Shown: positions 39,934 through 50,268 of the stretch, piece by piece | Position numbering within the stretch: position 1 is the stretch's first letter | Layout of the letters: each line of letters starts with the position of its first letter | Assembly: GCA_050117845.1 (NCBI GenBank) | Contig: JASFLY010000011.1 | Span: 19,351 to 83,350, forward strand | Source: Candidatus Zixiibacteriota bacterium | GTDB taxonomy: Bacteria; RBG-13-66-14; B26-G2; WVWN01 | Length of the DNA: 64,000 bases | Direction: 5' to 3' | The notes under the pieces: model-generated | Told to the model about the DNA's origin: nothing | The model's input: the letters and a program-made list of their open reading frames with translations, nothing else | Database searches by the model: none | Program-made: the position numbers and the translations under genes

Positions 39934-41220
39934 ATGGGTGCCTGGTTCAAGGATATCATCGCGCGGAAACGGGACGGCGGCGCCGTATCCGGGGATGAGT
40001 GGCGACGCTTCGTCACGGCGGTTGTCGCGGGCGAACTGCCGGACTACCAGATAGCCGCGTTCCTCATGGCCATATACTTCCGCGGGATGGACGAGGCCGA
40101 GACCGCCTCGCTCACGTCGGCGATGGCGGCCTCCGGAGAAAGGTTGCGGCTGAGCCCCGGGCCCTACGTCGACAAGCACTCCACCGGCGGCGTGGGGGAC
40201 AGCGTTACGCTCGTCGCGGCGCCGTGGGCGGCGGCTTGCGGGGCCCGTATAGCCAAGCTGTCGGGCCGGGGGTTGGGGCACACCGGCGGGACCATCGACA
40301 AGCTGGCGTCGGTGCCGGGCCTCGATTTGGCCCTCTCGGCTCGCCGCTTACGGGCGCTGGCCGACCGCGTGGGGTGGACGGTCGCGGAGGCCCGGAACAT
40401 AGCCCCCGCCGACAAGATACTGTACGCCCTGCGGGACGCCACCGCGACGGTGGAGGCGACGCCGCTCATCGTCGCGAGTATATTAAGCAAGAAATTGGCG
40501 GGCGGGGCGCCGGCGTTCGTCTTTGACGTCAAGGCCGGGAGCGGGGCCTTCGTGCCCGACGAGGCCGGGGCGCGGGACCTGGCGGAGCGCCTGGTGGCCG
40601 CGGCGCGGGCCTCGAAACGCCAAGCGGTGGCGATAGTAACGGCCATGGACGAGCCGGTGGGCCGGGCGGTCGGGAACGCGCTCGAGGTCCGGGAAGCGGC
40701 GGACGCTTTGCGCGGCCGGGAGCCGGAAGACCTCGTCGAAATTTCCCGGTGCGTCGCCGCCGAGATGCTGGTGCTGGCGGGCGTCGCCTCGGCCGAGGAC
40801 GCGCCGGGGAAACTGGACCGCGCGCTCGAGGAGGGACGCGCCTTCGGGAAACTGGACGAGATGGCCCGCGCCCAGGGAGCCCCCGTCGATTGGCTAGAAC
40901 GGCTGCCGGCTGCCACTTACACGCAAGTAGTATGCGCCGAAGAGGCCGGGTATATATCGCGGCTGGACGCCCGGGCGGTGGCTCGGGCGGCGAATGCCCT
41001 TGGCGCCGGCCGGGCGCGGGCGGAGGACGTCATTGACCCGGCCGCCGGCGTCGTTATTCACAAGAAGAAGGGCGAGGAGGTATCGCCGGGCGACGCGGTC
41101 CTGACCCTTTGCGCCAACGACGCGGAACTTTTGCCGGAGGCGGAAGGGTACGCCCGCGACGCCATCGTTGTGGGCGAGAAACCGGCGCCCCGGCCGCTGA
41201 TTATCGACATTATTCGTTAA
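39934..41220 (+). CDS. pdp: Pyrimidine-nucleoside/thymidine phosphorylase
   Basis: DKHSTGGVGD, SGRGLGHTGGTIDKL, SILSKK, DVKAGSGAF. Confidence 0.93.
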   Translation: MGAWFKDIIARKRDGGAVSGDEWRRFVTAVVAGELPDYQIAAFLMAIYFRGMDEAETASLTSAMAASGERLRLSPGPYVDKHSTGGVGDSVTLVAAPWAAACGARIAKLSGRGLGHTGGTIDKLASVPGLDLALSARRLRALADRVGWTVAEARNIAPADKILYALRDATATVEATPLIVASILSKKLAGGAPAFVFDVKAGSGAFVPDEAGARDLAERLVAAARASKRQAVAIVTAMDEPVGRAVGNALEVREAADALRGREPEDLVEISRCVAAEMLVLAGVASAEDAPGKLDRALEEGRAFGKLDEMARAQGAPVDWLERLPAATYTQVVCAEEAGYISRLDARAVARAANALGAGRARAEDVIDPAAGVVIHKKKGEEVSPGDAVLTLCANDAELLPEAEGYARDAIVVGEKPAPRPLIIDIIR

Positions 41221-41313
41221 CGCGAACGGGAACGCGTTAAAACTTGATATCGCCCGGCCACGGGTTTATAATCGAGGCGGAGAATATTTAAAAAACGTAT
41301 AGGTATCCCCGAT

Positions 41314-43281
41314 ATGGAAAAAAACTCTAGCAATTTTCGCGCCATCTTGGTTGCGGCCCTGGTATGCGGGTGCGCCGTGGCGGCTATGACGGGCTTCCTC
41401 GTCAATCACGCGACATACGCTAAACAGCTATTAATATTAGCGGGATACGCCGGCCATATCGCCCTCTGGGCGGCGCTGACCTGGGCCGCCTATTTCGCCG
41501 GCCGGCTCGTTACACGGTATATATTCCGGCAGGAGAGCGTTTACTGGGAAATCGAGCTCGCCGTAGGTTTCGTGGCCTTCGGCCTTACGACGTTGGCGCT
41601 GGGTGCGGCCCACCTGCTTTACCCGTGGGTCGTGCGCGGTATCGTTTTGGCCTTACTCGCGTTGTCGGCGCCGCTGGCCTGGCGCCGCGGCCGGGAGGCC
41701 GGGTCTTTCCTGCGGGAGAAGGCTGCGGGAGTATCCAACGGGACGTGGGTGCTGGTGGTCTTTTTAACGCCGCTGGTCGGGTCGATGCTATTGCAGTCGA
41801 TGTTGCCGCCGTTCGAATGGGATTCGCTGGTTTACCACCTGTACATCCCCAAGGTATACGCCGAGACCCACCATCTGGTCTACCTTCCGCGCCTCGCGTA
41901 CTCATCCATGCCTCTCGGCGGGGAGATGATATTCACGTGGGGATATTTGTGGGACGGCTTGGCGGGCGCTGCGGCGATGGCGCCTATCATCAACGGCTTG
42001 ATGGCGGTGATAACCTGGCGTATAGCCCGGAGGTACTTGGATAACTTCTGGGCCACGGCCGCGGCGGCCTTCCTCGTCGTCACTCCCCTTTACTCTATAT
42101 ATTTCGGTTCGGCGTACGTCGATATGCTTGTCGGCGCCTTCGCCCTTATGGCGTTCGCGTTGTATTTGCGCGGGTTGAAGGGGGCCGGAGACGCTGCGTT
42201 GGCGGGATTTTTCCTGGGCGCTGCGATGGGGGTCAAATACACCGGCGTGTACGGAGCGATAGCGTTGACGCCGATAATGGCGTGGGACGTTATAAGACGT
42301 CGTTTACCCTTCCGCCGGGTCGCGTTGGTGCTAGTGGTAGCGTTCGTCGTCGTGGCGCCGTGGCTACTTAAGGCGTATATCGAACGGGGGAACCCGGTGT
42401 TCCCGGCCATGTACGACGTATTCGGCGGCCGGGACCTATCGCCGGAGACGGCGGAGTACCTGGTGAAATGGCAGGCGTCCATCGGGATGGGGCGGGAGTT
42501 TGCGGATTATCTGCAACTTCCATACCGGTTATCGGTGGAGGCGGCGGGCGGCTACGAGCGCTTCGACGGAGTAATCCTGCCCTTCAGCTTCGTCTGCTTG
42601 TTGCTGGCGGTCGCTTTCTTCCGGCGCGGTAAATTAATCGTATATACGGTATTGTACGTGGCCGCGTGGTCCCTGATAGCCTCGCAACAACTGCGCTTCA
42701 TCAGCGCGGCCATGGGCACCTTCGCTATAATATCGGCGGGCGTGTTCGCCCATGCGGCCGGGGCGTTCAAACGAAGGTGGGTGAGGAACGCGGTGACCGT
42801 CCTTCTGGTCGGAGGCCCGATAATATTTAATTACGCGATTATTGCGAAGACGACGTACTACGTTACGGCCTACGGCGTCGAAACGCTCGTACCGGCCGAG
42901 CCCGAGGTGTTTTTGGAGCGCCTGGCGAACCCGTATCCGGTAGATAGATATATCAACGAGAACTTACCGGAGGACGCGGTTATCCTGATGATATTCGAGA
43001 ATCATCTGTTATACTTGGAACGCGAGGCGATATACGACTCGTTTTTCGAGGCGTCCGGCACCTTAACGGCCGTATCCGAACTGGAAAACCCGGCGGCCGT
43101 GGCGGACTACGTTGAGAGCCTGGGGGCGACCTATATTCTGACGGGACGGTTCGGCGCGCCCGCCTTCTGGAAGTATTACGAACCGGCCACCCGAAATCTC
43201 TGGATAACGTACCTTGACGGCTATACGACGGTTATTTTTAATACGGTGGATTTCGAACTCCGGGTAATTAACCCTCGGTAA
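41314..43281 (+). CDS. Polytopic GT-C-type (ArnT/PMT-like) membrane glycosyltransferase
   Basis: Many TM helices; WDSLVYHL, YVD, KYTG, GNPVFP. Confidence 0.7.
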   Translation: MEKNSSNFRAILVAALVCGCAVAAMTGFLVNHATYAKQLLILAGYAGHIALWAALTWAAYFAGRLVTRYIFRQESVYWEIELAVGFVAFGLTTLALGAAHLLYPWVVRGIVLALLALSAPLAWRRGREAGSFLREKAAGVSNGTWVLVVFLTPLVGSMLLQSMLPPFEWDSLVYHLYIPKVYAETHHLVYLPRLAYSSMPLGGEMIFTWGYLWDGLAGAAAMAPIINGLMAVITWRIARRYLDNFWATAAAAFLVVTPLYSIYFGSAYVDMLVGAFALMAFALYLRGLKGAGDAALAGFFLGAAMGVKYTGVYGAIALTPIMAWDVIRRRLPFRRVALVLVVAFVVVAPWLLKAYIERGNPVFPAMYDVFGGRDLSPETAEYLVKWQASIGMGREFADYLQLPYRLSVEAAGGYERFDGVILPFSFVCLLLAVAFFRRGKLIVYTVLYVAAWSLIASQQLRFISAAMGTFAIISAGVFAHAAGAFKRRWVRNAVTVLLVGGPIIFNYAIIAKTTYYVTAYGVETLVPAEPEVFLERLANPYPVDRYINENLPEDAVILMIFENHLLYLEREAIYDSFFEASGTLTAVSELENPAAVADYVESLGATYILTGRFGAPAFWKYYEPATRNLWITYLDGYTTVIFNTVDFELRVINPR

Positions 43282-43385
43282 TGAGAGGTAAGTCGAAGGA
43301 GACAGGGCGGCCGGTTTTTTAACGTAATAATTGAAGTAGTGCGCACAAATGACTCATATATAATATGATACGCGGATAGGAAGCC

Positions 43386-44717
43386 GTGGTTGTAGATATT
43401 AAACGATTACTCATATTTTTACTCGTCGGGGCCGGCGCTGCTACGGCGGCTCCGCCCGAAACTACCCCGGCCGAAGACGCCGCCAAGCCGGCCAAGGCCG
43501 AAGACGAGGCTTACCACGTTGAGGCCGACGTCACCGAAGGCTACTACACCGCCGACGACCAGGTCCTGCACGGCGTCGGTAACGTCGTTATAATTCACGG
43601 AGATACGACGATCACCTGCGACGAGGCTTACTCTTACGAGAAGAAAAATCTGGCGACGCTTATCGGCAACGTCAAGGTAAGGGATAAAGTACAGGAATAT
43701 ACGCTGACGTCGGGATACGCGGAATACAAACGCGATAAAAAACTGTCGGTGGCGACCAAATCGCCCAAACTCGTCCTCGAGAAGGATAATCCCATAACGA
43801 TTACCTCGGATATTATGCGGATGTGGACCGCGGACGAGTACGGCGAAGCGGCCGGGAATGTTAAGATAGTTTCTGAAGATGTAGAAGGTTTCGGCCGGAA
43901 ATTAAAATATTTCGGGAAAGAGGACAGGGTCCGGCTTAGCGGCGACCCGGTCGTATTGCAGGAGGACAGCCGTCTGGCCGGGGACGTTATTACGATGTTT
44001 CTGGAGAAGGAGAAACTTCGCCGTACGGTGGTTGAAGGGTCGGCCCGGTTGTTGTACTTCTCGCGCGCTTCCGAAGAGGAAAAGGGGGCGGAGGCGGACG
44101 CCGGAGCGTTGGAGGAAATCCCTCCCGAGGTAACGCCGGAGGCGGCCGAAGAGGTTCCGGCCGGTGCCGACGCCGGGACCGCGGAGGAAACGGCCGCCGG
44201 CGCCCCTGGAGAAATACCGGGGGAGCGGCCCGATTTGGGGGATGTCGAACTGGATATGACGCCGTCGAAGGCACCCGTGGCTTCCGGCGAGGAGGAAGCG
44301 GAGGAAGAACAACCTACCGGCCGCGTGGAGGCTTCCGGCGACAGGATGGTGGGCTTCTTCAAGGACGGCGTTATGGACCACGTAGATATTACCGGCGACG
44401 CGGAGGGGCACTACTGGCCTTTCGACGAGTTCGGCCGGGAGACGGGGGAGAAGGTGGATGCCGCCGGCGACCTCATTCGGGTTTCGATGGCCGGCGGCGA
44501 CGTGAAGAAGATACTGGTTGAGGGTAACGCCGAAGGCGTATACCGGCCCGCCAAGGCGGAAGGTCGAAGCGGCGTTACACAAACCCAGGGCGACCGCATA
44601 TCGGTGTTCGTGTCTGATCGGGAGGTCCGTCGCATCGTCGTATTCGGCCATGCCCGGGGTTCCCACTTCGCCGAGGAAACGCCCGCGGCCCAGGAACGAG
44701 AGGTACCCGGTGGTTAA
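43386..44717 (+). CDS. LptA/OstA-like beta-jellyroll LPS transport protein (extended)
   Basis: Signal peptide; repeated GNV motifs; directly upstream of lptB. Confidence 0.75.
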   Translation: MVVDIKRLLIFLLVGAGAATAAPPETTPAEDAAKPAKAEDEAYHVEADVTEGYYTADDQVLHGVGNVVIIHGDTTITCDEAYSYEKKNLATLIGNVKVRDKVQEYTLTSGYAEYKRDKKLSVATKSPKLVLEKDNPITITSDIMRMWTADEYGEAAGNVKIVSEDVEGFGRKLKYFGKEDRVRLSGDPVVLQEDSRLAGDVITMFLEKEKLRRTVVEGSARLLYFSRASEEEKGAEADAGALEEIPPEVTPEAAEEVPAGADAGTAEETAAGAPGEIPGERPDLGDVELDMTPSKAPVASGEEEAEEEQPTGRVEASGDRMVGFFKDGVMDHVDITGDAEGHYWPFDEFGRETGEKVDAAGDLIRVSMAGGDVKKILVEGNAEGVYRPAKAEGRSGVTQTQGDRISVFVSDREVRRIVVFGHARGSHFAEETPAAQEREVPGG

Positions 44718-45504
44718 GGCCATAGCCGAAGAGGCACTCAAGGAAATAATATCGCCGACGCGCTTCGCCGAAGCGGAGGGAGACGCGGTGCTCCGCACCG
44801 AGGAACTGGTTAAGATATACTCCAAGCGGCGCGTCGTCAACGAGGTCTCTATCGAGGTGAAACCCGGTGAGATAGTGGGTCTGTTGGGGCCGAACGGCGC
44901 CGGCAAAACGACTACTTTCTATATGATAGTGGGACTAATAAGCCCCAACGCCGGTAAGATTTTCCTGGGGCCGAACGAACTCACGAAGTTGCCGATGTAC
45001 AAGCGGGCCCGCCGGGGCGTGGGGTATCTGTCGCAGGAGGCGTCCATCTTCCGCAAGCTGACGGTAGAAGAGAACATTATGGCTATCCTGCAGGTTATGG
45101 ATATGAAACCGAAGGAGCGGCGCCGCCGGGCCGCGGAATTGCTGGAGGTCATGGGGGTCGACCACCTCACGAAGTCCAAGGCGTTCACCCTCTCGGGGGG
45201 CGAGCGTCGCCGCGTCGAAATAGCCCGGGCGCTGGCTTCCGAGCCGCTCTATCTTTTGCTGGACGAACCCTTCGCCGGGATCGATCCCTTGGCGGTCGAG
45301 GACATCCAGAACATCGTCGTTCAACTACAGAAGGCCGGCCTCGGCATCCTGGTGACGGACCACAACGTGCGGGAAACGCTCGAGATTACCCATCGCGCCT
45401 ACATTATGTTCGAGGGGAAAATCCTTATCTCCGGCGACGCCGAAAAGCTAATCAATGACCCGGAGGCCCGTAAAATATACCTCGGCGAAAGGTTTCGGAT
45501 GTAG
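44710..45504 (+). CDS. lptB: LPS export ABC ATPase LptB
   Basis: GPNGAGKTTTFY, LSGGERRR, DEPFAG, TDHNVRETL, YLGERF. Confidence 0.95.
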   Translation: MVKAIAEEALKEIISPTRFAEAEGDAVLRTEELVKIYSKRRVVNEVSIEVKPGEIVGLLGPNGAGKTTTFYMIVGLISPNAGKIFLGPNELTKLPMYKRARRGVGYLSQEASIFRKLTVEENIMAILQVMDMKPKERRRRAAELLEVMGVDHLTKSKAFTLSGGERRRVEIARALASEPLYLLLDEPFAGIDPLAVEDIQNIVVQLQKAGLGILVTDHNVRETLEITHRAYIMFEGKILISGDAEKLINDPEARKIYLGERFRM

Positions 45505-45533
45505 GGTATGGGGGGCCCGGACCGTAGATCACG

Positions 45534-46910
45534 ATGAAACTTTCGCAAAAACTGGAACACCGCCAGATAATATCTCAGCGGCTTCAACAGTCGCTCCGAC
45601 TGCTAACGCTGAGCAACCTCGAGATAGAAGCGGCGATCGAGGAGGAGCTGGAGGTCAACCCGGTATTGGAGTGGGAGCCTTCCCGTGCGGGAGCCGCCGA
45701 AACCGGGACCCCGGCCGACCGGGTCGAGAACATCGACTGGCAGAGTTTCTTCGAAGCGTCCTCGCCGGGCGGTTATTTCTCCGAGGCCGACGGCGACGAG
45801 GACTTCGACCGCTTCGCGACGGCCGCCGGGCCGGAAGTCAGCCTGACGGAACATTTATTACGGCAATTGGAAGCTTGGGGCGCGGAGGGCCGGGAGTTCG
45901 AGGTGGCGGAGGGGATTATATCCTCGCTCAGCCGCGACGGCTACTTGCGGACGAAGGCCGCGGCGCTCGCCGAAGAGTTAGGCGTGAAACCGGCGGAGGT
46001 GGAACGGGTCCTCGTCGAAATCGTCCAACGATTCGACCCCCCGGGGGTCGGGGCCCGCGACCTGCGAGAAGCGCTGTATATTCAATGGCGTGACGCCGGC
46101 GACGACGCGCCGCCTCTGGCGGGAGTGATTATCGGTAAGCATTTAAACGCGCTCGCGTCCAAGACCACGGACGAACTGGCTGTTCTCCTGGACGCCCCGC
46201 CGGAAGAAGTGGGCCGGGCCGTGACGTACATTCTCGGCCTGGAACCACGGCCGGGCAGGGCGTTCGGCAGCGAGGCCAACCCGGTCCTGGTACCCGATAT
46301 CCGCGTCCGCCTGGTCGACGGCGAGGTGGAGATAATGCTGCTCGACGACCGCGTGGGCCGTTTGTACATCAGTCCCCGCTACCGGGAACTCCTGGCGAAC
46401 GTCGGCGGCCAGGACGAAGAGGCCGCACGTTTCGTCAAGCAGAGGCTGACCGCGGCGGCTTCCTTCATCCGGGCGATAAACCAGCGGCGCCGTACCATCG
46501 AAAAAGTCGTAGCGGCGATTTTCGAACATCAGCGCGCGTTCCTGGATGTCGGCGAGCCGGGACTCAAACCCCTTACGATGGAGGATATCGCCGACCGCGT
46601 CGGCTTCCACGTTTCGACGGTATCGCGGGCGGTTGCGGGCAAGGTCGCGGATACGCCGACGGGCGTCTTCCCGATGAAGCATTTCTTCACCGGGAAAGTG
46701 GCGGGTAGCGCGGGAGAGGTCTCCGTCGGGAAGGTAAAATCGCTGCTACAAGATGTCATCGACGACGAAAACAAAGCGGTGCCTCTGTCGGATGAGGAAC
46801 TCGCCGCCGAACTGAGCCGCCGCGGTGCGGACGTCGCCCGGCGGACCGTGGCCAAATACCGCAAGGAACTCAGGATCCCTGGGAAATATGAGCGAAAAAA
46901 AAGAATTTGA
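45534..46910 (+). CDS. rpoN: RNA polymerase sigma-54 factor
   Basis: NPVLE, DPPGVGAR, HVSTVSRA, RpoN box ARRTVAKYR. Confidence 0.96.
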   Translation: MKLSQKLEHRQIISQRLQQSLRLLTLSNLEIEAAIEEELEVNPVLEWEPSRAGAAETGTPADRVENIDWQSFFEASSPGGYFSEADGDEDFDRFATAAGPEVSLTEHLLRQLEAWGAEGREFEVAEGIISSLSRDGYLRTKAAALAEELGVKPAEVERVLVEIVQRFDPPGVGARDLREALYIQWRDAGDDAPPLAGVIIGKHLNALASKTTDELAVLLDAPPEEVGRAVTYILGLEPRPGRAFGSEANPVLVPDIRVRLVDGEVEIMLLDDRVGRLYISPRYRELLANVGGQDEEAARFVKQRLTAAASFIRAINQRRRTIEKVVAAIFEHQRAFLDVGEPGLKPLTMEDIADRVGFHVSTVSRAVAGKVADTPTGVFPMKHFFTGKVAGSAGEVSVGKVKSLLQDVIDDENKAVPLSDEELAAELSRRGADVARRTVAKYRKELRIPGKYERKKRI

Positions 46911-48231
46911 CGTGGTTGTAGTGGGCGGCGGGCCGGCGGGATACCCGGCCGCCATCCGGGCGGCCCGGCGCGGCGCCACGGTCGCCGTCGTCGAGGGGGC
47001 GCGCCTTGGCGGGACCTGTCTCAACGTCGGCTGCATTCCCACCAAGTTCTACTGCCGGCGGAGCGCCGCCGGAGGCGACGCCGACTGGGCCGAGGTCGTT
47101 GCGGCCAAGACGAAACTCGTGGACGAACTCGTCGGCGGCATCGGGTTCCTCTTCGAGAAGCGGGGCATCGAACTCGTCGCGGGCAGGGGCGTTTTGGCCG
47201 ACCCGGGCGAAGTGTACGTCGGCGAAACCGGCGATACCCTCGCGGCTCGTAAGGGTATCCTGTACGCGCCGGGTTCGACGACGCTGTCGCTGCCGGCCTT
47301 CCCGGTGGACCACGAGGCGGTGCTGGACAGCGACGACCTCGTCGGTTCGCCCCTCGATTTCAATAGCCTGGTCGTCGTGGGCGGCGGCGCCATCGGCCTG
47401 GAGTGGGCCACCATTTGCCGGCGCCGCGGCATGGACGTAACCGTCGTCGAGATGATGCCACAGGTATTGCCCGGCCTCGACGCCGACGTCGCCCGGCGCC
47501 TCGCGGGCCTAATGAAACGGGGAGGCGTAAAAATCCTCACGGACAAAAAGGTGGAGGCGTTGGAGCGCGTCGAGGGCGGCGTGCGGGTAACGCTGCCGGA
47601 GGGAGAGGTGTTGGAGGCCGACCGCGTCCTCATAGCCATCGGGAGGCGGGCCAATATCGACGAGGAGGAGCTGGGCCGGGTGGGCGTCGAGTTGGAACGA
47701 CATCGGATAAAGATTAACGGGGCGATGGAGACGACGCGCCCCGGCGTCTGGGCGGCCGGCGACGCCGCCGGTACGGGCCCCATGCTCGCGCACGTCGCGA
47801 CGCACCAGGGCCTCGTGGCTGTGGAGAACATCCTGGGCGGCGACGAGGAGATGGATTACGACGCCATTCCGTGGGCCGTGTTCTCGGCGCCCGAAGCGGC
47901 CGGGGTGGGCCAGAGCGCCGAGGAGGCCGCGGGGCGCGGCATCGCGGCCCGGGAAGGCCGGGCGGATTACCGGGCGCTGGGCAGGCCCCGGGCGGACGGG
48001 TACCCGGACGGCTTCGTGAAAATTCTGGCGGCCGAGGACGGCGGCAGGATACTGGGCGCGCACGCGCTGGGCCATAACGCCGCCGAGATAGTACAGGTCG
48101 TGTCCGCCGCGATGGCTTGCGGCGCGACGGTCGACGAGATGTCGAAGTTCATCGCCATTCACCCCACGTACGGGGAGCTCGTGGCCGAGGCGCTGGAGGA
48201 CTGGCAGGGCATCGCGACGCACAAGCCCTAA
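46888..48231 (+). CDS. lpdA: Dihydrolipoyl dehydrogenase
   Basis: GGGPAG, GGTCLNVGCIPTK, MLAH, HPTYGE. Confidence 0.9.
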   Translation: MSEKKEFDVVVVGGGPAGYPAAIRAARRGATVAVVEGARLGGTCLNVGCIPTKFYCRRSAAGGDADWAEVVAAKTKLVDELVGGIGFLFEKRGIELVAGRGVLADPGEVYVGETGDTLAARKGILYAPGSTTLSLPAFPVDHEAVLDSDDLVGSPLDFNSLVVVGGGAIGLEWATICRRRGMDVTVVEMMPQVLPGLDADVARRLAGLMKRGGVKILTDKKVEALERVEGGVRVTLPEGEVLEADRVLIAIGRRANIDEEELGRVGVELERHRIKINGAMETTRPGVWAAGDAAGTGPMLAHVATHQGLVAVENILGGDEEMDYDAIPWAVFSAPEAAGVGQSAEEAAGRGIAAREGRADYRALGRPRADGYPDGFVKILAAEDGGRILGAHALGHNAAEIVQVVSAAMACGATVDEMSKFIAIHPTYGELVAEALEDWQGIATHKP

Positions 48232-48234
48232 TAA

Positions 48235-49098
48235 ATGAAAACCCCCTCCACCGAACGTTTGCCGGATTGGCTCCGCCGGCCTATCGCGGACCGGGTGAGC
48301 CGCGGCGAGGCCCGCCGGGCCGTCGCCGGCCTGCATACCGTATGCGAGGAGGCGCGCTGTCCCAACCGCGGCGTTTGCAGCGGCCGGGACAGGACGGCGA
48401 CGTTTCTGCTTATGGGGCCGGGGTGCTCGCGGGATTGCCGCTTCTGTTCGGTCGCATCCGGGCCCGTGCCGCTCGACGCCGACGAGCCGGCGAAGGTCGC
48501 CCGGGCCGCAGCCGCAATGGGCCTGAAGTACGTAGTACTAACGTCGACCACGCGTGACGACCTCCCGGATGGCGGCGCGGCCCATTTCGCCGCCACGATA
48601 GAGGCGGTGCGGGAAGAGGCCGGCGCTTTGGTGGAAGTCCTCGTGCCGGACTTCGGCGGCCGGGAGGAATCGGTCGACCGGATTCTGCGGGCGGAGCCGG
48701 CGGTATTCGGCCACAACGTCGAGACGGTCCCGCGGCTTTACCCGGAAGCGCGGCCGGCGTCGGATTACGGCCGATCGCTCGGCGTGCTGGCCCGCGCGGC
48801 GGCCGCGGGCGTCGTCACGAAGTCGGCGCTCATGTTGGGCCTGGGGGAGAGCGAGGCCGAGGTACACGACGTGTTCCGGGACCTCTTGAGCGTCGGCGTC
48901 CGGGCGCTCGCGGTGGGGCAGTACCTGCGGCCGGGGAAGGACCAGCTTCCCGTCGCGCGGTACTGGACGCCGGGAGAGTTCGACGGTATGGCGGCGGCGG
49001 CGCGGGACGCCGGGTTCGCCGCGGTGGCGTGCGCGCCGTACGTCCGTTCGTCGTACCGGGCGGCCGAGGTTTACGAGGAATGCCTGGGGGCGGTATAA
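48235..49098 (+). CDS. lipA: Lipoyl synthase
   Basis: CEEARCPNRGVC, CSRDCRFC, HNVETV, RSSY. Confidence 0.95.
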   Translation: MKTPSTERLPDWLRRPIADRVSRGEARRAVAGLHTVCEEARCPNRGVCSGRDRTATFLLMGPGCSRDCRFCSVASGPVPLDADEPAKVARAAAAMGLKYVVLTSTTRDDLPDGGAAHFAATIEAVREEAGALVEVLVPDFGGREESVDRILRAEPAVFGHNVETVPRLYPEARPASDYGRSLGVLARAAAAGVVTKSALMLGLGESEAEVHDVFRDLLSVGVRALAVGQYLRPGKDQLPVARYWTPGEFDGMAAAARDAGFAAVACAPYVRSSYRAAEVYEECLGAV

Positions 49099-49112
49099 GA
49101 CCGCGACCCTTC

Positions 49113-49142
49113 TTGAAAACGCTATACGATTTATGGTAGACT
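49113..49142 (+). promoter_or_regulatory. Sigma70-type promoter upstream of hpf
   Basis: TTGAAA-18 nt-TAGACT with extended TGn. Confidence 0.5.
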
Positions 49143-49209
49143 CCGAACGCGAATGTCGCCGAGGGCGCGAAGCCGGGTCGGCGGAAACGATTGGCCGGAG
49201 GTATAATAC

Positions 49210-49749
49210 GTGGGTTTACAGATAACGGGGAAGCGCGTCGACGTAACCGACGCGATGAAGAGTTACATCGAGAAAAAGGTAGAGAAGATTACGAAAAAAC
49301 TGCGGGACGTCCAGGAGGTCATAGTAACCCTACGGATAGAACGTTATCACCACATCGCCGAAATAGCAATTTCCGCCGACCACCTGACCATCCGGGGCGA
49401 GGGCAATACGGCGGATATGTACTCGTCCATCGATATGGCCTGCAGTAAAATCGACAAGCAGGTCCGCCGGTACCGGAGCCGCATCCACAGCCGCCGGACG
49501 CCGCGGCCCGATAAAACCGAAAAAGCCCGGATGACGGTCTTTGACCATCAGGCGATGGCGCGGGATTCCGATACGCGGGTCGTCGTTAGTGTGGACGCCA
49601 TACCGGTAAAACCCATGACGGTGGAAGAGGCCGTTATGGAAATGGATTTAATGAACCAGGATTTCCTGGTCTTCAAGAACGCTGAAACGGACGATATTAA
49701 CGTTATTTACCACCGGCGTGACGGGAATATAGGATTTATTGAGCCCTAA
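49210..49749 (+). CDS. hpf: Ribosome hibernation factor (long HPF)
   Basis: DMYSSID; C-terminal KPMTVEEA...FLVF...VIYHRRDG. Confidence 0.92.
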   Translation: MGLQITGKRVDVTDAMKSYIEKKVEKITKKLRDVQEVIVTLRIERYHHIAEIAISADHLTIRGEGNTADMYSSIDMACSKIDKQVRRYRSRIHSRRTPRPDKTEKARMTVFDHQAMARDSDTRVVVSVDAIPVKPMTVEEAVMEMDLMNQDFLVFKNAETDDINVIYHRRDGNIGFIEP

Positions 49750-49803
49750 TTTTACCCATATACGTTGCCGCTGCGCCATTTTTTATCGAGAGGAGAAGCG
49801 GAA

Positions 49804-50262
49804 GTGAAGATTTCGGAATTCGTCGACCCCCAGGCGATTAAAATCGAATTGGAGTCCGCCGACAAAGAAACTGTTCTCCGTGAATTGGTCGCCCTCGCCG
49901 CGGAGACCGGTAAAATATCCGACGAACTGGCGATACTGAAGGCCGTTCGGGAACGGGAGAACCTGTGCAGCACCGGATTCGAGAACGGCGCCGCCATACC
50001 GCACCCGCGCCAGGGCCATCCGGAAATCGTTAAGGAACTCGTCGCCGTCTTCGGCCGTTCCACCGAAGGCATCGAATTCGAAGCGCTCGACGAGAAACCG
50101 GTCCACCTGTTCTTCCTGTTGTGCGCCCCCACCGACAGCGAACATCTGCGGGCGCTGGCCAAACTCTCGCGTTTCCTTAAAAAAGAACCCGTGCGGGAGC
50201 GGTTGCTCAAGGCCAAAACGGCCGAAGACATTATGGCCGTAATTAAGGACGACGAGAGTTAG
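49804..50262 (+). CDS. ptsN: PTS EIIA (Ntr/fructose-type)
   Basis: RENLCSTG...AIPH; rpoN-operon context. Confidence 0.85.
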   Translation: MKISEFVDPQAIKIELESADKETVLRELVALAAETGKISDELAILKAVRERENLCSTGFENGAAIPHPRQGHPEIVKELVAVFGRSTEGIEFEALDEKPVHLFFLLCAPTDSEHLRALAKLSRFLKKEPVRERLLKAKTAEDIMAVIKDDES

Positions 50263-50268
50263 GATAAA

